64,000 nucleotides of DNA, from positions 80,166,001-80,230,000 of the forward strand of contig OX597827.1 of the NCBI GenBank assembly GCA_951406725.2, written 5' to 3'. This DNA comes from Octopus vulgaris (Eukaryota). The position numbers and the translations under genes were made by a program. The notes beneath the pieces were generated by a model. The model was given only the letters and a program-made list of their open reading frames with translations. It made no database searches and was not told the DNA's origin. Below are positions 25,696-39,914 of this stretch, one piece after another; positions within the stretch are counted from its first letter, which is position 1, and every line of letters starts with the position of its first letter.

Positions 25696-27354
25696 CTGTT
25701 AGAGAAAACAAAAAACAACAATGACTTGATTTGTCCAAGAAAAACATTTGGGAATTCTGGATGCTTACTGTTGTGGAGTGTAAAGGTTAGGGTCTGTGGT
25801 TAGTGTGAGATATGGGAGAGGAGACCATGGTAAAAGTTTTGAGACTGGAATGAGTTTTCAGCAAGCTATTCATAGAAAGAGTCCATGGCAGTGGTAAGAG
25901 AAGAAGAAATGAGAAGGAACATCTCAGACGCAGAAGTTAGTGCATTGCTTAGTGAGTATTCACTGATCACTGAAAGAAAAATTGTTTGAAAATTTTCAAG
26001 TCAACACTAACATGCAGAAGGTAGCTAAGAGATTTTAGATAATTATAACTACACATCTATTGACGAGAAGAAATAAGTGCCATAATGATAAATTATTGCC
26101 AAGAAAGAAGGATACCTCATGAAATATTAACTATTTAACATTAATTAAAAATCAAGGATGTTTGTGTGTGAAGTAGCAGTGATCACATTTCAGCTTTATA
26201 GAAGGTCAAGGCAGGTGAGATCATTAGATTCGAGGATTTTGATAAAAACTTCACACAAACAAAATTCAAGAAGCTTCTATTCAACCTAAAACACTCACAA
26301 AATATTCTTTGTTTCCTTACAAGTAGTAGTAGTCTTAGATCCATTATTTTTAGAAAAAGAACAGGATAGCCACAATCTATACGTTCATGTTTCCAGTTAT
26401 GTTGCATCTCCATATATTGATGGACCATATCACTTTGACTCTGCTTTTCTACTTTCACTTACAGAAGCCTCGACTCTCAGAGGTCCCACCCTGGGCGACT
26501 CATCTTACTCATCTCTTCTCCTCTAGTCAATCGTATTGCCAGCCTTTCTGCACCCTACAACGACCACTTAATCTTTCTGCCTCAGAACATCTTCCCCACT
26601 GAAATTTACTCTATTCCCATACTTCTCCAGCTGTTTTATACTAGTAATTACTCAAGAGAATAAGCTACATTAACCTCAATTGTGAGGGTCAAGGACACAG
26701 GCCCCACATCGGGACCAAACCCTTATGCAACAGAAAAAAAAACTTGTATATTAATATGCTAGTGTAATGATTTATTTAAATATTGAATGTTGTTACAGTC
26801 AAATAATAATAAAATATTGCAGACATTTGGTGTAGATGAGCAACATAACATACCAGAAATAACAATTTCTACTCTTAACTCATAATTCTAAAAGAGTACA
26901 AAATAAACTAAAACTAAATTCTGAATTAGAAGCAGCTCTAATACTATAAACATAATTCAGGTCACAAACTTAATAAGTGTGTTTTGTTTGAAGAGTTACA
27001 AGTCACAGGATTTCATCCATGGAAAGTTTCTTTAAGACATACGTTGAAGAACACTGAATACTTCAAAACCAAACAAAACAGATGAAATACACAATTGATA
27101 ATGTTATACAAACATTGTTTGATAATAATTATGGAAATAATATCTAAAACTATATTTATGAAAATATAAAGATTACACTAAAAGTATAAATGAAGTTGTT
27201 CTCCAGAGGAGATTTAAGAGAATACCGAAATAGAAGATTAATAGATATTTTCATGCTTTCTGGCAAACTTCAATTCACTGTCGGTGTCTTTTATTCAAAT
27301 AGTTCTTAATTAAACATTAACTACTAACAAACACTCAATCCAAATATATCTTAC

Positions 27355-29750
27355 CTTTGTAGACTTCTGAAGTGATCTGCTCATTGTCGATGTCTTCCAG
27401 TCTTCAGGATAGTAATGGCTCCTCGAATGACCATATCTATCTGACATCTCTCCTCGATTACCTGACATCACAGGTACACTGTTGTTACCTTGATAGATCA
27501 ACTGTCTCATCTCATTGCGACATTGGTATGCCTGTTTCTCTTCTGCTGTTCTTTCAGATGAGCTATTTCTCACATTGTTACATCTCACAATACACAGGGT
27601 TATAGAAACCACAATAGCTATAGATACTATCACAGCTGCTACTACAATGATAATCAACAATGTCGCATCTATTGTGTTATCACTTGGTAGGTGCACAGCT
27701 GTGAACATTGGTGACGTCTTGTTACTAACAGTCAGTGTCAAAGACACACTAGTTGTTGCTGACAGAACTGGAGTACCACTGTCTTTCACAACAAACTCAA
27801 GCTCATATGATCCGGCATCATTTTGGTAAACTGTGCGAGAGTAAGATAACACACCAGTGAACGAATCCAGTTTAAATAACTGTCTCTCGTTACCTGAAAC
27901 GATTTCATACCTGAGAAAAGCATTCATGTGACTGTCTATATCAGATGCTTTCAGAACTGTGATGTCGTTCTTACTTTGCGGATGATAGTGGACATTAAGA
28001 GTGAAAGGGTCAACACTAGGAAATGTAAAATATGGAGCATTATCATTTCTATCCAATACTTCCACTTCAACATTCACTGTGTTATTCAGAGATGGGCTTC
28101 CATTGTCTTTCACAAAAACCTCAAACTCATAGAAATCTCTGTGTTCTCTGTCTAAAGACTGGTTTGTTGAAATAAAGCCAGAGTTGATAATCTGGAATGG
28201 CAGACGATATTGCTGTTTATTTCTCAGAGAATAAGACAATTCACCTCCCTTACCAATATCTGGGTCTGTAGCATTGATAAAGCCAATAGGGAAATTAGCT
28301 TTGTCATTCTCATAGGTAAGGAACTTGAATGTGTCTTTCGTAAAGTGTGGTTCTACATCATTCACATCCAACACTTGGATTGACAGATCTTTATCAGTTT
28401 TCAGAGCAGGTAATCCTTTATCTTCACACGACACAGTAAAGTGATAATGTTCCTGTGTCTCTCGATCTACTGCTTTCTTTAGAACTATTTTATATTCCTT
28501 CGATCCCATTGACTGTAGTTTGAATGTGTCATCTTTGATATGACAGTTCACCTCTCCATTGTGTCCAACATCATTGTCAGTGACCATCACATAAGCAATG
28601 AAACTACCAACTTTGATGTCTTCCAGAATGGTAGCTGTGTTGTGATTCTGTGTAGAAATAAAGTTACATCAATATTTGGGGGATTGTTGTGTTCATTGAT
28701 GACATTTATTTGAATGATTGCCAGGGAACTGAGAGGGGAAATACCATTATCCCTGGCTTCCACATATAATTTAAAATTCTCTTCTTTTCCAAATTCTATT
28801 GATTTAGCTAAATATAACACTCCTGTATTTTCATTCAAGTGAAAATATTTTCTCATCTTCACATCAGTTTTCTGACTGAAATAGAAAGATATTTTACCAT
28901 TCCTGCCAATGTCTAAATCACTGGCAGATAATGTGACTACTGGAATATTCTTTTTATGTTTATGTTCAATAGAGACATTGTAGATACTTTGAGAAAATTG
29001 TGGTTTATTATCATTTTCATCTTCCACAGATATTTTAACATTTAAAACAGATTCTTTTGGTGGAGTTCCTCCATCTTTAGCAATGACTTCAATATTGTAA
29101 CTGTCCTTCTTTTCTCTGTCTAATTTCTCTTCTAAAATAATTTCTAAAGTTGATATTTCATCAGCTATTTTTGATTGGGATAAGGAAAAATGTCCATCAC
29201 CATGTAATACATATTTGATTAAACTGTTCTGATATCCAACATCCTTATCAACTGCATTAGGTATAGCCTTCTTCATACCTTTACCATCACTTTCCCTAAA
29301 ATGTAGAGTAATTTCTTTCTCAGGAAACTCAGGTTGGTGGTCATTGATGTCTTCTATTATGACTTTAATCTTTAAGATCTTCATAAATGTCTTGGATTTG
29401 TGAACAGCAACTTTAACGATTTCAAAACATTCTTTCTCATAACTACACACAGACTCAGCATCCAATGTCTCAACAGTGTACAGTTTACCTGTTCTCGTCA
29501 CATTGAACAACTGTTCTCCCTTTTGTTGCAGTTGACTAAATGTAATTGAATCCTTATTCTTTAAGGAGCTGTCTGATTTCTGTAGGTCAGTAGCTATGTC
29601 CCCTACATAAGTGTAGGAATTCTTCTCTTCTTCAACATGATATGAGATATCTTCACTTGAATAACAATGAGAAAAAGTCAATAAAATACAGAGACACAAC
29701 AGCATCTCTGGTCGTGATGTCCAGGAATTTGGTAGATTCACATTATTAAT
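27355..29750 (-). pseudogene. Pcdh: Protocadherin G4 large exon with a 1-bp frameshift (pseudogene, null allele or assembly error)
   Basis: Split into 384-aa and 426-aa ORFs. Plus strand reads aagttacatc at 28661-28670 where all paralogs have aagttcacatc. Signal-peptide ATG at 29705, acceptor before 29750, donor at 27355. Confidence 0.85.
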
Positions 29751-30525
29751 CTGTAAAATAAATAGATAGCTTGTAGTGGGAAGAAATAAAAAATATTTTG
29801 TGAAAGACTATTTTAGTAATGAATAAATAATCTCCTTCTTATAAGAAAACATACCAAAAGTAGGACTGAAGTAAAGTATCCCAGGGGGAACTTACTGCTC
29901 ACTAAATATACATTGTCTGCCATATATTTTATGGCAAGTTGAAGATCTTTACTTATCTGGAATTGTTTTTGCAATAATAATGAGAAGGCAATAATTTGGA
30001 CAATTAATTCATATGATTTAACAGGTTCTTCTCATAAGTCAGATAACTTGAGACTACTTAAACAGCCCAGTTTCTTATTCTAATAATTTATTGTAATTAA
30101 TCTTATAAAACATTGTTCAAAGTGACATTCATTATAAAACTGCTCCAATTTACCAAACTTCATAAAGATAATAACCACCACATTCCCATACTCTCAAAGT
30201 ATTAAAAAAAAATTTTACAAGTTGCTGACACTTGAATATAGACATTACAGCCTAATGGGAAAATAATGTTTCCTTCTGTTATACAGCCTAAATTGAGTTC
30301 GCTCCCTTGAACAGGATTACCACCAGCAAACGAAATTATTTTGCATTGAGTTTCTCTTATTTTTTTGATCCCCGAATGAAAATGTAAATATATGTAAAAT
30401 AATTATCGGTAACGCTTTTCTGCAAATAACTCAATGTAATTCACAAGAACACAGTAGAATACATAAGTGGGCAAGAGTGTATTTGTGCATGTGTGCAATA
30501 AATTCAATGTTGTTCTGTTGTTAAC

Positions 30526-31414
30526 TTATACCTTAATTACTGATAAACTATATTTGTTGATGTGACATTGTTTAAAAAATATTAGTATACTACAAATAAT
30601 GTAATAGTCAGGAAACCATTGTGAGACATGGAAAGGGTAAAGTTTAAGGCAGGAATATGTGGTGACAACAATTCTGCTAGAACAGAAGAGATGAAAAACA
30701 AAATATAAATTCAAACCACAGACAAGTTGTCTGACGGTTATAATGGCACCAAAGATGGACATCTGGTCATCATTTACAAAACACTATGATAATATTAAGA
30801 AGCAGATATTCCAGAAAAGAGAAGATATAAACTAGAAGCTATTTAAATGACAAATTTAGAAAAGTCATTTAGTGAAATGAAGTTATGGATACCAAACAAA
30901 TATTCACTTTTCAACCATAAAATTAAATCATTATCAATCAATATGGCCTTTTTATATTACAATATCTATCATTCAGTTCCAGTTATATTGCAATAACATA
31001 GTAATGGCAAGGATAATATCATCATCATCCTCATCATCATCATCGTTTATAACGTCCATCTTCCATTCTAGCACGGGTGGGACGGTATCACAAGAGCCTG
31101 CACCAGACTTCTGTGACTGTTTAGGCAGAATTTTTACAGCTGGATGCCCTTCCTAACATCAACCACTTGTAATTTTTTTGGAAGTTACATTCTACACTAA
31201 TTCCTGATAAAACTATATTTAATGATGTGACATATTCCTGTCTTAACCTTTACCTGTTCCATGTCCCAATGCTACATGACATTGATGCTTCTGTCTGACA
31301 ATGCTTTTTCATGGATGTAACATTATGTCATCATCATCTATATGTGTTGTATACTAATATTTTTTAAACAATGTCATGTCAACAAATATGGTTCTACAAG
31401 TAATTAGTGTATAA
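30526..31414. repeat. Inverted repeat pair (~75-bp arms; possible MITE ends) in G4 intron 1
   Basis: 30526-30598 (…atatttgttgatgtgacattgtttaaaaaatattagtatac) is the reverse complement of 31341-31414. A partial third copy lies near 31193-31233. Confidence 0.7.
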
Positions 31415-31649
31415 TATAACTTCACAAAAAATTACAAGTGACTATTTTTTTTAAATTTTGTAAAACAACTCTACACTAAATTAATAGAGGACATGATTGA
31501 GATGACATTTTTTAAAATATTCGATTATGATGAATATCATACCAATAATTTTTTAGGTTTCACACATCAAGTATGGTTCAATAGCTTAGAAAGAATCCTA
31601 GGTAGATGAATTTTAAATTTATAAATGGAAGGACTAATAATCTTTACTA

Positions 31650-31857
31650 TTGTAGGCACAAGGTCTGAAATATGGGGATAGGGAGCTAGTCATTTACATC
31701 AACCCCAGTGTTCAAGTGGCAGTTGTATAACTGACCCCAAAAAGATGAAGGGTAATGTTGGCCTTGGTGGAATTTGAACTCAGAATGTAAAGACAGCCAA
31801 AATGCCACAAAGCATTTCATCTGGCATGCTAATGATTCAGCCAGTTCCCTGCCTTAA
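31650..31857 (-). mobile_element. Octopus-type tRNA-derived SINE
   Basis: Same family as 7585-7797 (ctgagttcaaattccaccaagg...). Confidence 0.7.
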
Positions 31858-32334
31858 ATGAAAGAAGTAATAATGAAAGAAGACGAGATATACAGAAATT
31901 AACCAATTAATGTATTTAGACTCACAAACACACACACACTTAAACATCACAAAACACATAAAAATACATACAACAATATCGATATCAATTTTTATTCATA
32001 CTTTTCTTTCTTGTAACTACACAGTCAAATGTTAGTTTTATAATATATTTTATTATATTATTACTATAATTTCATAACATATGTAAATAGTCTGTCACTG
32101 AGATATTTCAGAGAAATTCCTATAAAATGTCTGTATCAATTTATCAATATACAATCATTTAGAAGAAACTAGATAAGAATAAGGAAACAAGTACATGAAA
32201 ACCTGGGAACATTAAAAATATATTATATTGAAATAATGGACATTATATTCCTAAACAGTTTTTCTTTTCCTAGAGCTGTTCTCAAAATATTCAACAGCCA
32301 ACGTCTGAAAAGAAGACATTCAATATGAACTGAC

Positions 32335-32960
32335 ACAGATCTAATATGGCCACCATCAGAATATTACATTTTCATATTACAGGAAGGCTACATATGAAAT
32401 CATTATTTCACGTAATTTGAATAAATAATATTGAACAATAGACTTACCTTCATTGTGTGTAAAATCCTTTGTTGTATAAACTGTGACTTGGTCCCAATGT
32501 TCTGTTGTTAATGGTTGTCTGTGTCACTGCTGCTATGGTGTGACAATGGCTTCATGTTGATGGAATAGTGTTGGTGGTGAGTCAGTGGGAACCAGCAGTT
32601 CCCTCTCAGTCTTCCTCTGTGGATGGGTGGTGTTTAGTGAGTGTGTGCATGGGTGTGAGTGAGAGACAGAGAGAGGAAGAGATGGGTGATGCTCACTCCA
32701 GCCTCACTCAGACTTGATGTGTTTTCCCTCACAATGAAAAGAGAGGGACAACAAACTATCAGCTCCACTAACAGTCAGCCATGATAAGTCTATATAACAC
32801 CAACATATCTGATGTGGAGAGAGACTGACATAGAAATCCTTAGAACAGAGAGGTTATATTAACAAAATATGGCTGATGTTGTTAATGTGTGTGTAATTTA
32901 AAATGTAAATACAATATTGACAATAACAGTTAGTGTGTGTGTGTCTGACCTAATTCTAAA
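32335..32960 (-). promoter_or_regulatory. Conserved promoter/first-exon block of G4 (exon ends 32448)
   Basis: Near-identical block; ATG-AAG|gtaagt. Confidence 0.75.
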
Positions 32961-33390
32961 CTAAATCTCCTTTTTAGCAAATTTAAGGCTGCCATGTAAA
33001 CTATATTTATATTTAAAATGTAATGGAGGCATTTTACATCATAAAGTTGTTGATATTAATTGCTTGAAAACATTTTTTTAATGTCAAACTTTACTTCACT
33101 GGGAGGAATACAAATCAATGATTTCTTCCAATATTGCATTTACCTTTCGTTTACCTAACAATAGGGTGTTGTGAATTGATTAATCAGAACAATTGATGCT
33201 ATATCAGTTTTTATCTGCAGAAACCTACCCCAGATGTACACATTTCAAATACTTTGTCTGAAGCACATACAAAGATATTCAGTCATATGTTGGCAATATT
33301 ATTATCTAACTAATATATTTCTGTTGTTTTAAATGTTGTGTGAATGTTGAAGGTGATATTATTTCTGTTGTGTTCCTTTCTCAGCCTCAC

Positions 33391-33512
33391 TTAACTGACA
33401 ACAACATCTGGTGTTGAAGGTAACTGTCTCTCTGGAGGTTTCACATATCTGTCTTGGTAATGGTCTCTCTCACTGGTGCTTGATACATCGGGTGGGGCAC
33501 CACCATAGATTC
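33391..33512 (-). CDS. Pcdh: Protocadherin G5 terminal coding exon
   Basis: Intact copy, ends DVVVS*. Confidence 0.88.
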
Positions 33513-33851
33513 CTGAAACATATATATCAATGGGTATTCAACGATTGACTTTAGTCAACTATTCCTTCTTTTGTATTAAGTGCTCTATAAAATAACTATT
33601 TTAAAGGGATTAATACCTCACTATACGATTAGACCTAGACAATCTTGAGCATATTAAGTGACAATTAACTAATAAATAAAAATAGATTTACTCTTTTAAT
33701 TTATAAATTTAATTCATAGTGATAAAACTATTAGAAATAATATTTTGGAAGTCCTCAAAATCCTAGTGTTTGTTTAGACTTCACTCCCAGACATATCAAT
33801 GGGATAAATGATAAACACACCAAATAACATAGGTAAATGTGAATGTTTTAC

Positions 33852-34005
33852 CTGACATTGCTGGTATTTCTTCATACTGTCTGCTTGACCGCTCACTCCA
33901 GCACTGTCCACTACTCTTATGACTGGTCAGTGTGTCAGTGGGATAGTGAGAAGATGGTCTGTTGTCTCCATAAGATGTCACCTCAATCGGTTGACTGTAT
34001 TTCTG
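33852..34005 (-). CDS. Pcdh: Protocadherin G5 cytoplasmic exon (154 nt)
   Basis: Matches ORF-track peptide ...YEEIPAMSG; canonical splice sites. Confidence 0.9.
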
Positions 34006-35664
34006 CTGTTAGAGAAAACAAAAAACAACAATGACTTGATTTGTCCAAGAAAAACATTTGGGAATTCTGGATGCTTACTGTTGTGGGGTGTAAAGGTTAG
34101 GGTCTGTGGTTAGTGTGAGATATGGGAGAGGAGACCATGGTAAAAGTTTTGAGACTGGAATGAGTTTTCAGCAAGCTATTCATAGAAAGAGTCCATGGCA
34201 GTGGTAAGAGAAGAAGAAATGAGAAAGAACATCTCAGACGCAGAGGTTAGTGCATTGCTTAGTGAGTATTCACTGATCACTGAAAGAAAAATTGTTTGAA
34301 AATTTTTCAAGTCACACTAAGATACAAAAGGTAGCTAAGAGATTTTAGATAATTATAACTACACATCTATTGAAGAGAAGAAATAAGTGCCATAATGATA
34401 AATTATTGCCAAGAAATAAGGATACCTCATGAAATATTAACTATTTAACATTAATTAAAAATCATGGATGTTTGTGTGTGAAGTAGCAGTGATCACATTT
34501 CAGCTTTATAGAAGGTCAAGGCAGGTGAGATCATTAGATTCGAGGATTTTGATAAAAACTTCACACAAACAAAATTCAAGAAGCTTCTATTCAACCTAAA
34601 ACACTCACAAAATATTCTTTGTTTCCTTACAAGTAGTAGTAGTCTTAGATCCATTATTTTTAGAAAAAGGACAGGATAGCCACAATCTATAAATTCATGT
34701 TTCCAGTTATGTTGCATCTCCATATATTGATGGACCATATCACTTTGACTCTGCTTTTCTACCTTCACTTACAGAAGCCTCGACTCCCAGAGGTCCCACC
34801 CTGGGCGACACATCTTACTCATCTCTTCTCCTCTAGTCAATTGTATTGCCAGCCTTTCTGCACCCTACAACGACCACTTAATCTTTCTGCCACAGCACAT
34901 CTTCCCCACTGAAATTCACTCTATTCCCATACTTCTCCAGCTGTTTTATACTAGTAATTACTCAAGAGAATAAGCTACATTAACCTCAATTGTGAGGGTC
35001 AAGGACACAGGCCCCACATCGGGACCAAACCCTTATGCAACAGAAAAAAAAACTTGTATATTAATATGCTAGTGTAATGATTTATTTAAATATTGAATGT
35101 TGTTACAGTCAAATAATAATAAAATATTGCAGACATTTGGTGTAGATGAGCAACATAACATACCAGAAATAACAATTTCTACTCTTAACTCATAATTCTA
35201 AAAGAGTACAAAATAAACTAAAACTAAATTTTGAATTAGAAGCAGCTCTAATACTATAAACATAATTCAGGTCACAAACTTAATAAATGTGTTTTGTTAG
35301 AAGAGTTACAAGTCACAGGATTTCATCCATGGAAAGTTTCTTTAAGACATACGTTGAAGAACACTGAATACTTCAAAACCAAACAAAACAGATGAAATAC
35401 ACAATTGATAATGTTATACAAACATTGTTTGATAATAATTATGGAAATAATATCTAAAACTATATTTATGAAAATATAAAGATTACACTAAAAGTATAAA
35501 TGAAGTTGTTCTCCAGAGGAGATTTAAGAGAATACCGAAATAGAAGATTAATAGATATTTTCATGCTTTCTGGCAAACTTCAATTCACTGTCGGTGTCTT
35601 TTATTCAAATAGTTCTTAATTAAACATTAACTACTAACAAACACTCAATCCAAATATATCTTAC

Positions 35665-38067
35665 CTTTGTAGACTTTTGAAGACTTCTGCTCATTGTCGA
35701 TGTCTTCCAGTCTTCAGGATAGTAATGGCTTCTCGAATGACCATATCTGTCTGACATCTCTCCTCGATTACCTGACATCACAGGTACACTGTTGTTACCT
35801 TGATAGATCAACTGTCTCATCTCATTGCGACATTGGTATGCCTGTTTCTCTTCTGCTGTTCTTTCAGATGAGCTATTTCTCACATTGTTACATCTCACAA
35901 TACACAGGGTTATAGAAACCACAATAGCTATAGATACTATCACAGCTGCTACTACAATGATAATCAACAATGTCGCATCTATTGTGTTATCACTTGGTAG
36001 GTGCACAGCTGTGAACATTGGTGACGTCTTGTTACTAACAGTCAGTGTCAAAGACACACTAGTTGTTGCCGACAGAACTGGAGTACCACTGTCTTTCACA
36101 ACAAACTCAAGCTCATATGATCCGGCATCATTTTGGTAAACTGTGCGAGAGTAAGATAACACACCAGTGAACGAATCCAGTTTAAATAACTGTCTCTCGT
36201 TACCTGAAACGATTTCATACCTGAGAAAAGCATTCATGTGACTGTCTATATCAGATGCTTTCAGAACTGTGATGTCGTTCTTACTTTGCGGATGATAGTG
36301 GACATTAAGAGTGAAAGGGTCAACACTAGGAAATGTAAAATATGGAGCATTATCATTTCTATCCAATACTTCCACTTCAACATTCACTGTGTTATTCAGA
36401 GATGGGCTTCCATTGTCTTTCACAAAAACCTCAAACTCATAGAAATCTCTGTGTTCTCTGTCTAAAGACTGGTTTGTTGAAATAAAGCCAGAGTTGATAA
36501 TCTGGAATGGCAGACGATATTGCTGTTTATTTCTCAGAGAATAAGACAATTCACCTCCCTTACCAATATCTGGGTCTGTAGCATTGATAAAGCCAATAGG
36601 GAAATTAGCTTTGTCATTCTCATAGGTAAGGAACTTGAATGTGTCTTTCGTAAAGTGTGGTTCTACATCATTCACATCCAACACTTGGATTGACAGATCT
36701 TTATCAGTTTTCAGAGCAGGTAATCCTTTATCTTCACACGACACAGTAAAGTGATAATGTTCCTGTGTCTCTCTGTCTACTGCTTTCTTTAGAACTATTT
36801 TATATTCCTTCGATCCCATTGACTGTAGTTTGAATGTGTCGTCTTTGATATGACAGTTCACCTGTCCATTGTGTCCAACATCATTGTCAGTGACCATCAC
36901 ATAAGCAATGAAACTACCAACTTTGATGTCTTCCAGAATGGTAGCTGTGTTGTGATTCTGTGTAGAAATAAAGTTCACATCAATATTTGGAGGATTGTTG
37001 TGTTCATTGATAACATTTATCTGAATTATTGCTACGGAGCTCAGTGGAGGACTGCCATCATCTCTGGCTTCAATGTATAATTTTAAAGACTCTTCTTTAT
37101 CAATTTCTGAAGATGTAGCTAAATATAATTTCCCAGTATTTTCATCTAAATTAAAATGTCTCTTCATTTTCTCAGCAGTTTTCCTGGCAAAGTAATATGA
37201 TATTTTACCATTCCTGCCAATATCTAAATCACTGGCAGATAATGTGACTACTGGAATATTCTTTTTATGTTTATGTTCAATGGAGACATTGTAAATACTT
37301 TGAGAAAACAGAGGTGTATTATCATTTTGATCTTGTACAGATATTTTAACATTTAAAACAGATTGTTTTGGTGGAGATCCTCCATCTTTGGCAATGACCT
37401 GAATACTATAACTATCTTTCTTTTCTCTATCTAATTTCTCTTCTAAAATAATTCCCAATGTTAATATTCCATTAGTATGTTTGGCAACTACTAAAGAGAA
37501 ATACTGATTATCCTTTTTTAATTCATATGTAATTAAACTGTTCTCATATCCCACATCTTTATCAATAGCATTTTCTATTGATCTCTTCGTGCCTTTGCCA
37601 TCTGTTTCAGAAAATTGAATATTGACTTCTTCAGTTGGAAACTCAGGTTGGTGGTCATTGATGTCTTCTATTATGACTTTAATCTTTAAGATCTTCATAA
37701 ATGTCTTGGATTTGTGAACAGCAACTTTAACGATTTCAAAACATTCTTTCTCATAACTACACACAGACTCAGCATCCAATGTCTCAACAGTGTACAGTTT
37801 ACCTGTTCTCGTCACATTGAACAATTGTTCCCCTTTTTGTTGTAGTTGACTAAATGTAATTAAATCCTTATTCTTTAGGAAGGAACTGTCTGATTTCTGT
37901 AGGTCAGTAGCAATGTCCCCTACATAGGTATAGGGACTATTCTCTTCTTCAACATGGTATGTGATATCTTCACTTAGGGAAAAGTGAAAGAAAGTCAGTA
38001 ATACATACAGACATAACATTTCTGTTCTTGACAGTATCCAGGGATAAGGAGAACACAATTTGTTCAT
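35665..38067 (-). CDS. Pcdh: Protocadherin G5 large exon
   Basis: 818-aa ORF. Acceptor ttttgtttcag before 38067 (exon begins ATG AAC AAA), signal-peptide Met at 38019, donor at 35665. Confidence 0.97.
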
Positions 38068-38164
38068 CTGAAACAAAATTATTTAGGAGATTAACAAAAA
38101 GGGAATAGACTCCAGTAAACTTAATAATTTTTTTTTTTTTTACCTTTACATTCATGAAAACAAT

Positions 38165-38480
38165 ATCATTTAACATCCACATTTCATGTTGGTATAGATT
38201 GGGTGACTTGACAGTAGGTGGCAAGGCAGAAGACTGCACCAAGCTGAACCATCTGCTCTGACATAGTTCCAATAGCTAGATGCCCTTCCTAACACCAACC
38301 ATTTTAGAGCATACTGGGTGGTTCTTAGATGTCACCAAGTACCCAGTAAGACAAGACCCCTCAACTGAGTTGGAGAAGTAGTATTGATGGAAGTGGCTTT
38401 GTTCCATGTGGTGAGAGGTTAGAGAATGACAGAGGGACAAAAACAGGTGTCTTACAGTAGAGGAAGTACATGTCAACTTT
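38165..38480 (-). mobile_element. RTE-tail SINE/LINE remnant
   Basis: catttaacatccacatttcatgttgg...gatgcccttcctaacaccaacc motif, shared with fragments at 7.9, 31.0 and 59.7 kb. Confidence 0.55.
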
Positions 38481-39914
38481 AGCTAGGAAAAGAGAAGAGA
38501 GGGAGAGGAGATGATGAAGTTGTGTCAGGAAGTAAAGCTACAGGGAGGAGTATATAAGTGGTACAGAGGATTGGGTACAGTGGGTAGGACACATCAATTT
38601 GTTTGTACTGTAACAGACACTTGAAAAGAACAAAGCTTACACAATTTATAATACGATGTATTTGTAGAATTGTTTTTTGAAATGATCTATTTACATTAGC
38701 ACATTTATTTTAACTTTCTTTTTATACATTTTAGCATTCATTTTAGCTCGCAGAAGAAATTCTAGTATTTATATTTTGGTCAACTGACGAGATTTAACAT
38801 AGCAGAGGCCAGTAATTTCAGATAAATGTCTGAAGTAAGCACGCTCATATCTAGTACTAAGATAGATGACATAAATTGTAACTGCAAATGAGATAGTAGT
38901 TACCAATTTTAGATGGATTTCTACGGAAAACTGAAGCAAACCACAACATGTATGATATGTATTTTATGTGAAAACTTAAAACTATAACTATTGAATTAGG
39001 ATCAGATTTTAATTTTTTTTTAAATGCCAAAACAAGGAATTACTGAAACAGAAATGATTACATCGGAAATAGTGGAGTTTAGAATTGTCTCCCTTCAACA
39101 CACACACACACACACATTCTCACTCACACACAACACACTCACTCACACACACACAACACACTCACACACACTTCATAGAAATTACATAATTTATTGCAGA
39201 AAAAAGTTTAATTCTACTGTATACACCTAATATCTTATCAAGACAATGTTGAAAGCAATATCACAACTAGGGTATTAAACGAAGAATAGTAAAAATTTCA
39301 TAATTTTAATGAGTCCCATTCTGTTAATAAAATTAGAGATTTAAATCTGTTCAATATTATAATCCATATTATACAGTAATGACACCATATCATAGGCTTA
39401 ATGCTAAGCAATTCAGATTTATATATTCTACACAGATCATAAAATATGTGTGTGACATTTTCAATTCAATAAATCTCCTCTCAAAAATAATATATGCCAT
39501 TTTTCATAACATCTATGTCAAGTCTCACTACAATTTCAATATTTTGCAAACATGCTTACACAATAAGAATTCACTAAAACAATGATTATTCATAACTTCA
39601 CTCATTTATTTAATACATGAACAATTAATCCACTTAGAATAAACAAGTGTATAGTTAAGCAAATAATAAACTATAGAAAGGAAACCTGTTCTTCTTTATA
39701 GTTGTGCATGATTCCATTAAAATGAGACAACGTTAAAGGTGAATACTTTAGACTTTAACGAATGTAACAGAGTATATTTTGCTTGAGTATTAAGTAACAT
39801 TAAATAAAATCACCTATTATACAGTATCTTACAATAAATAAGTTATTTACAGTTAACGGTTATTAAACTCAAAAATAAGAACTTAATGAATTTACTTCTA
39901 AGAGAGAACAAAGA

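Noticed and set aside
17883-34912. Repeated 91-aa and 66-71-aa intronic ORFs (MKVEKQSQ..., ...LHILMDH...)
   Set aside because: They occur three times only because the intron was recently duplicated, and show no recognisable domain.
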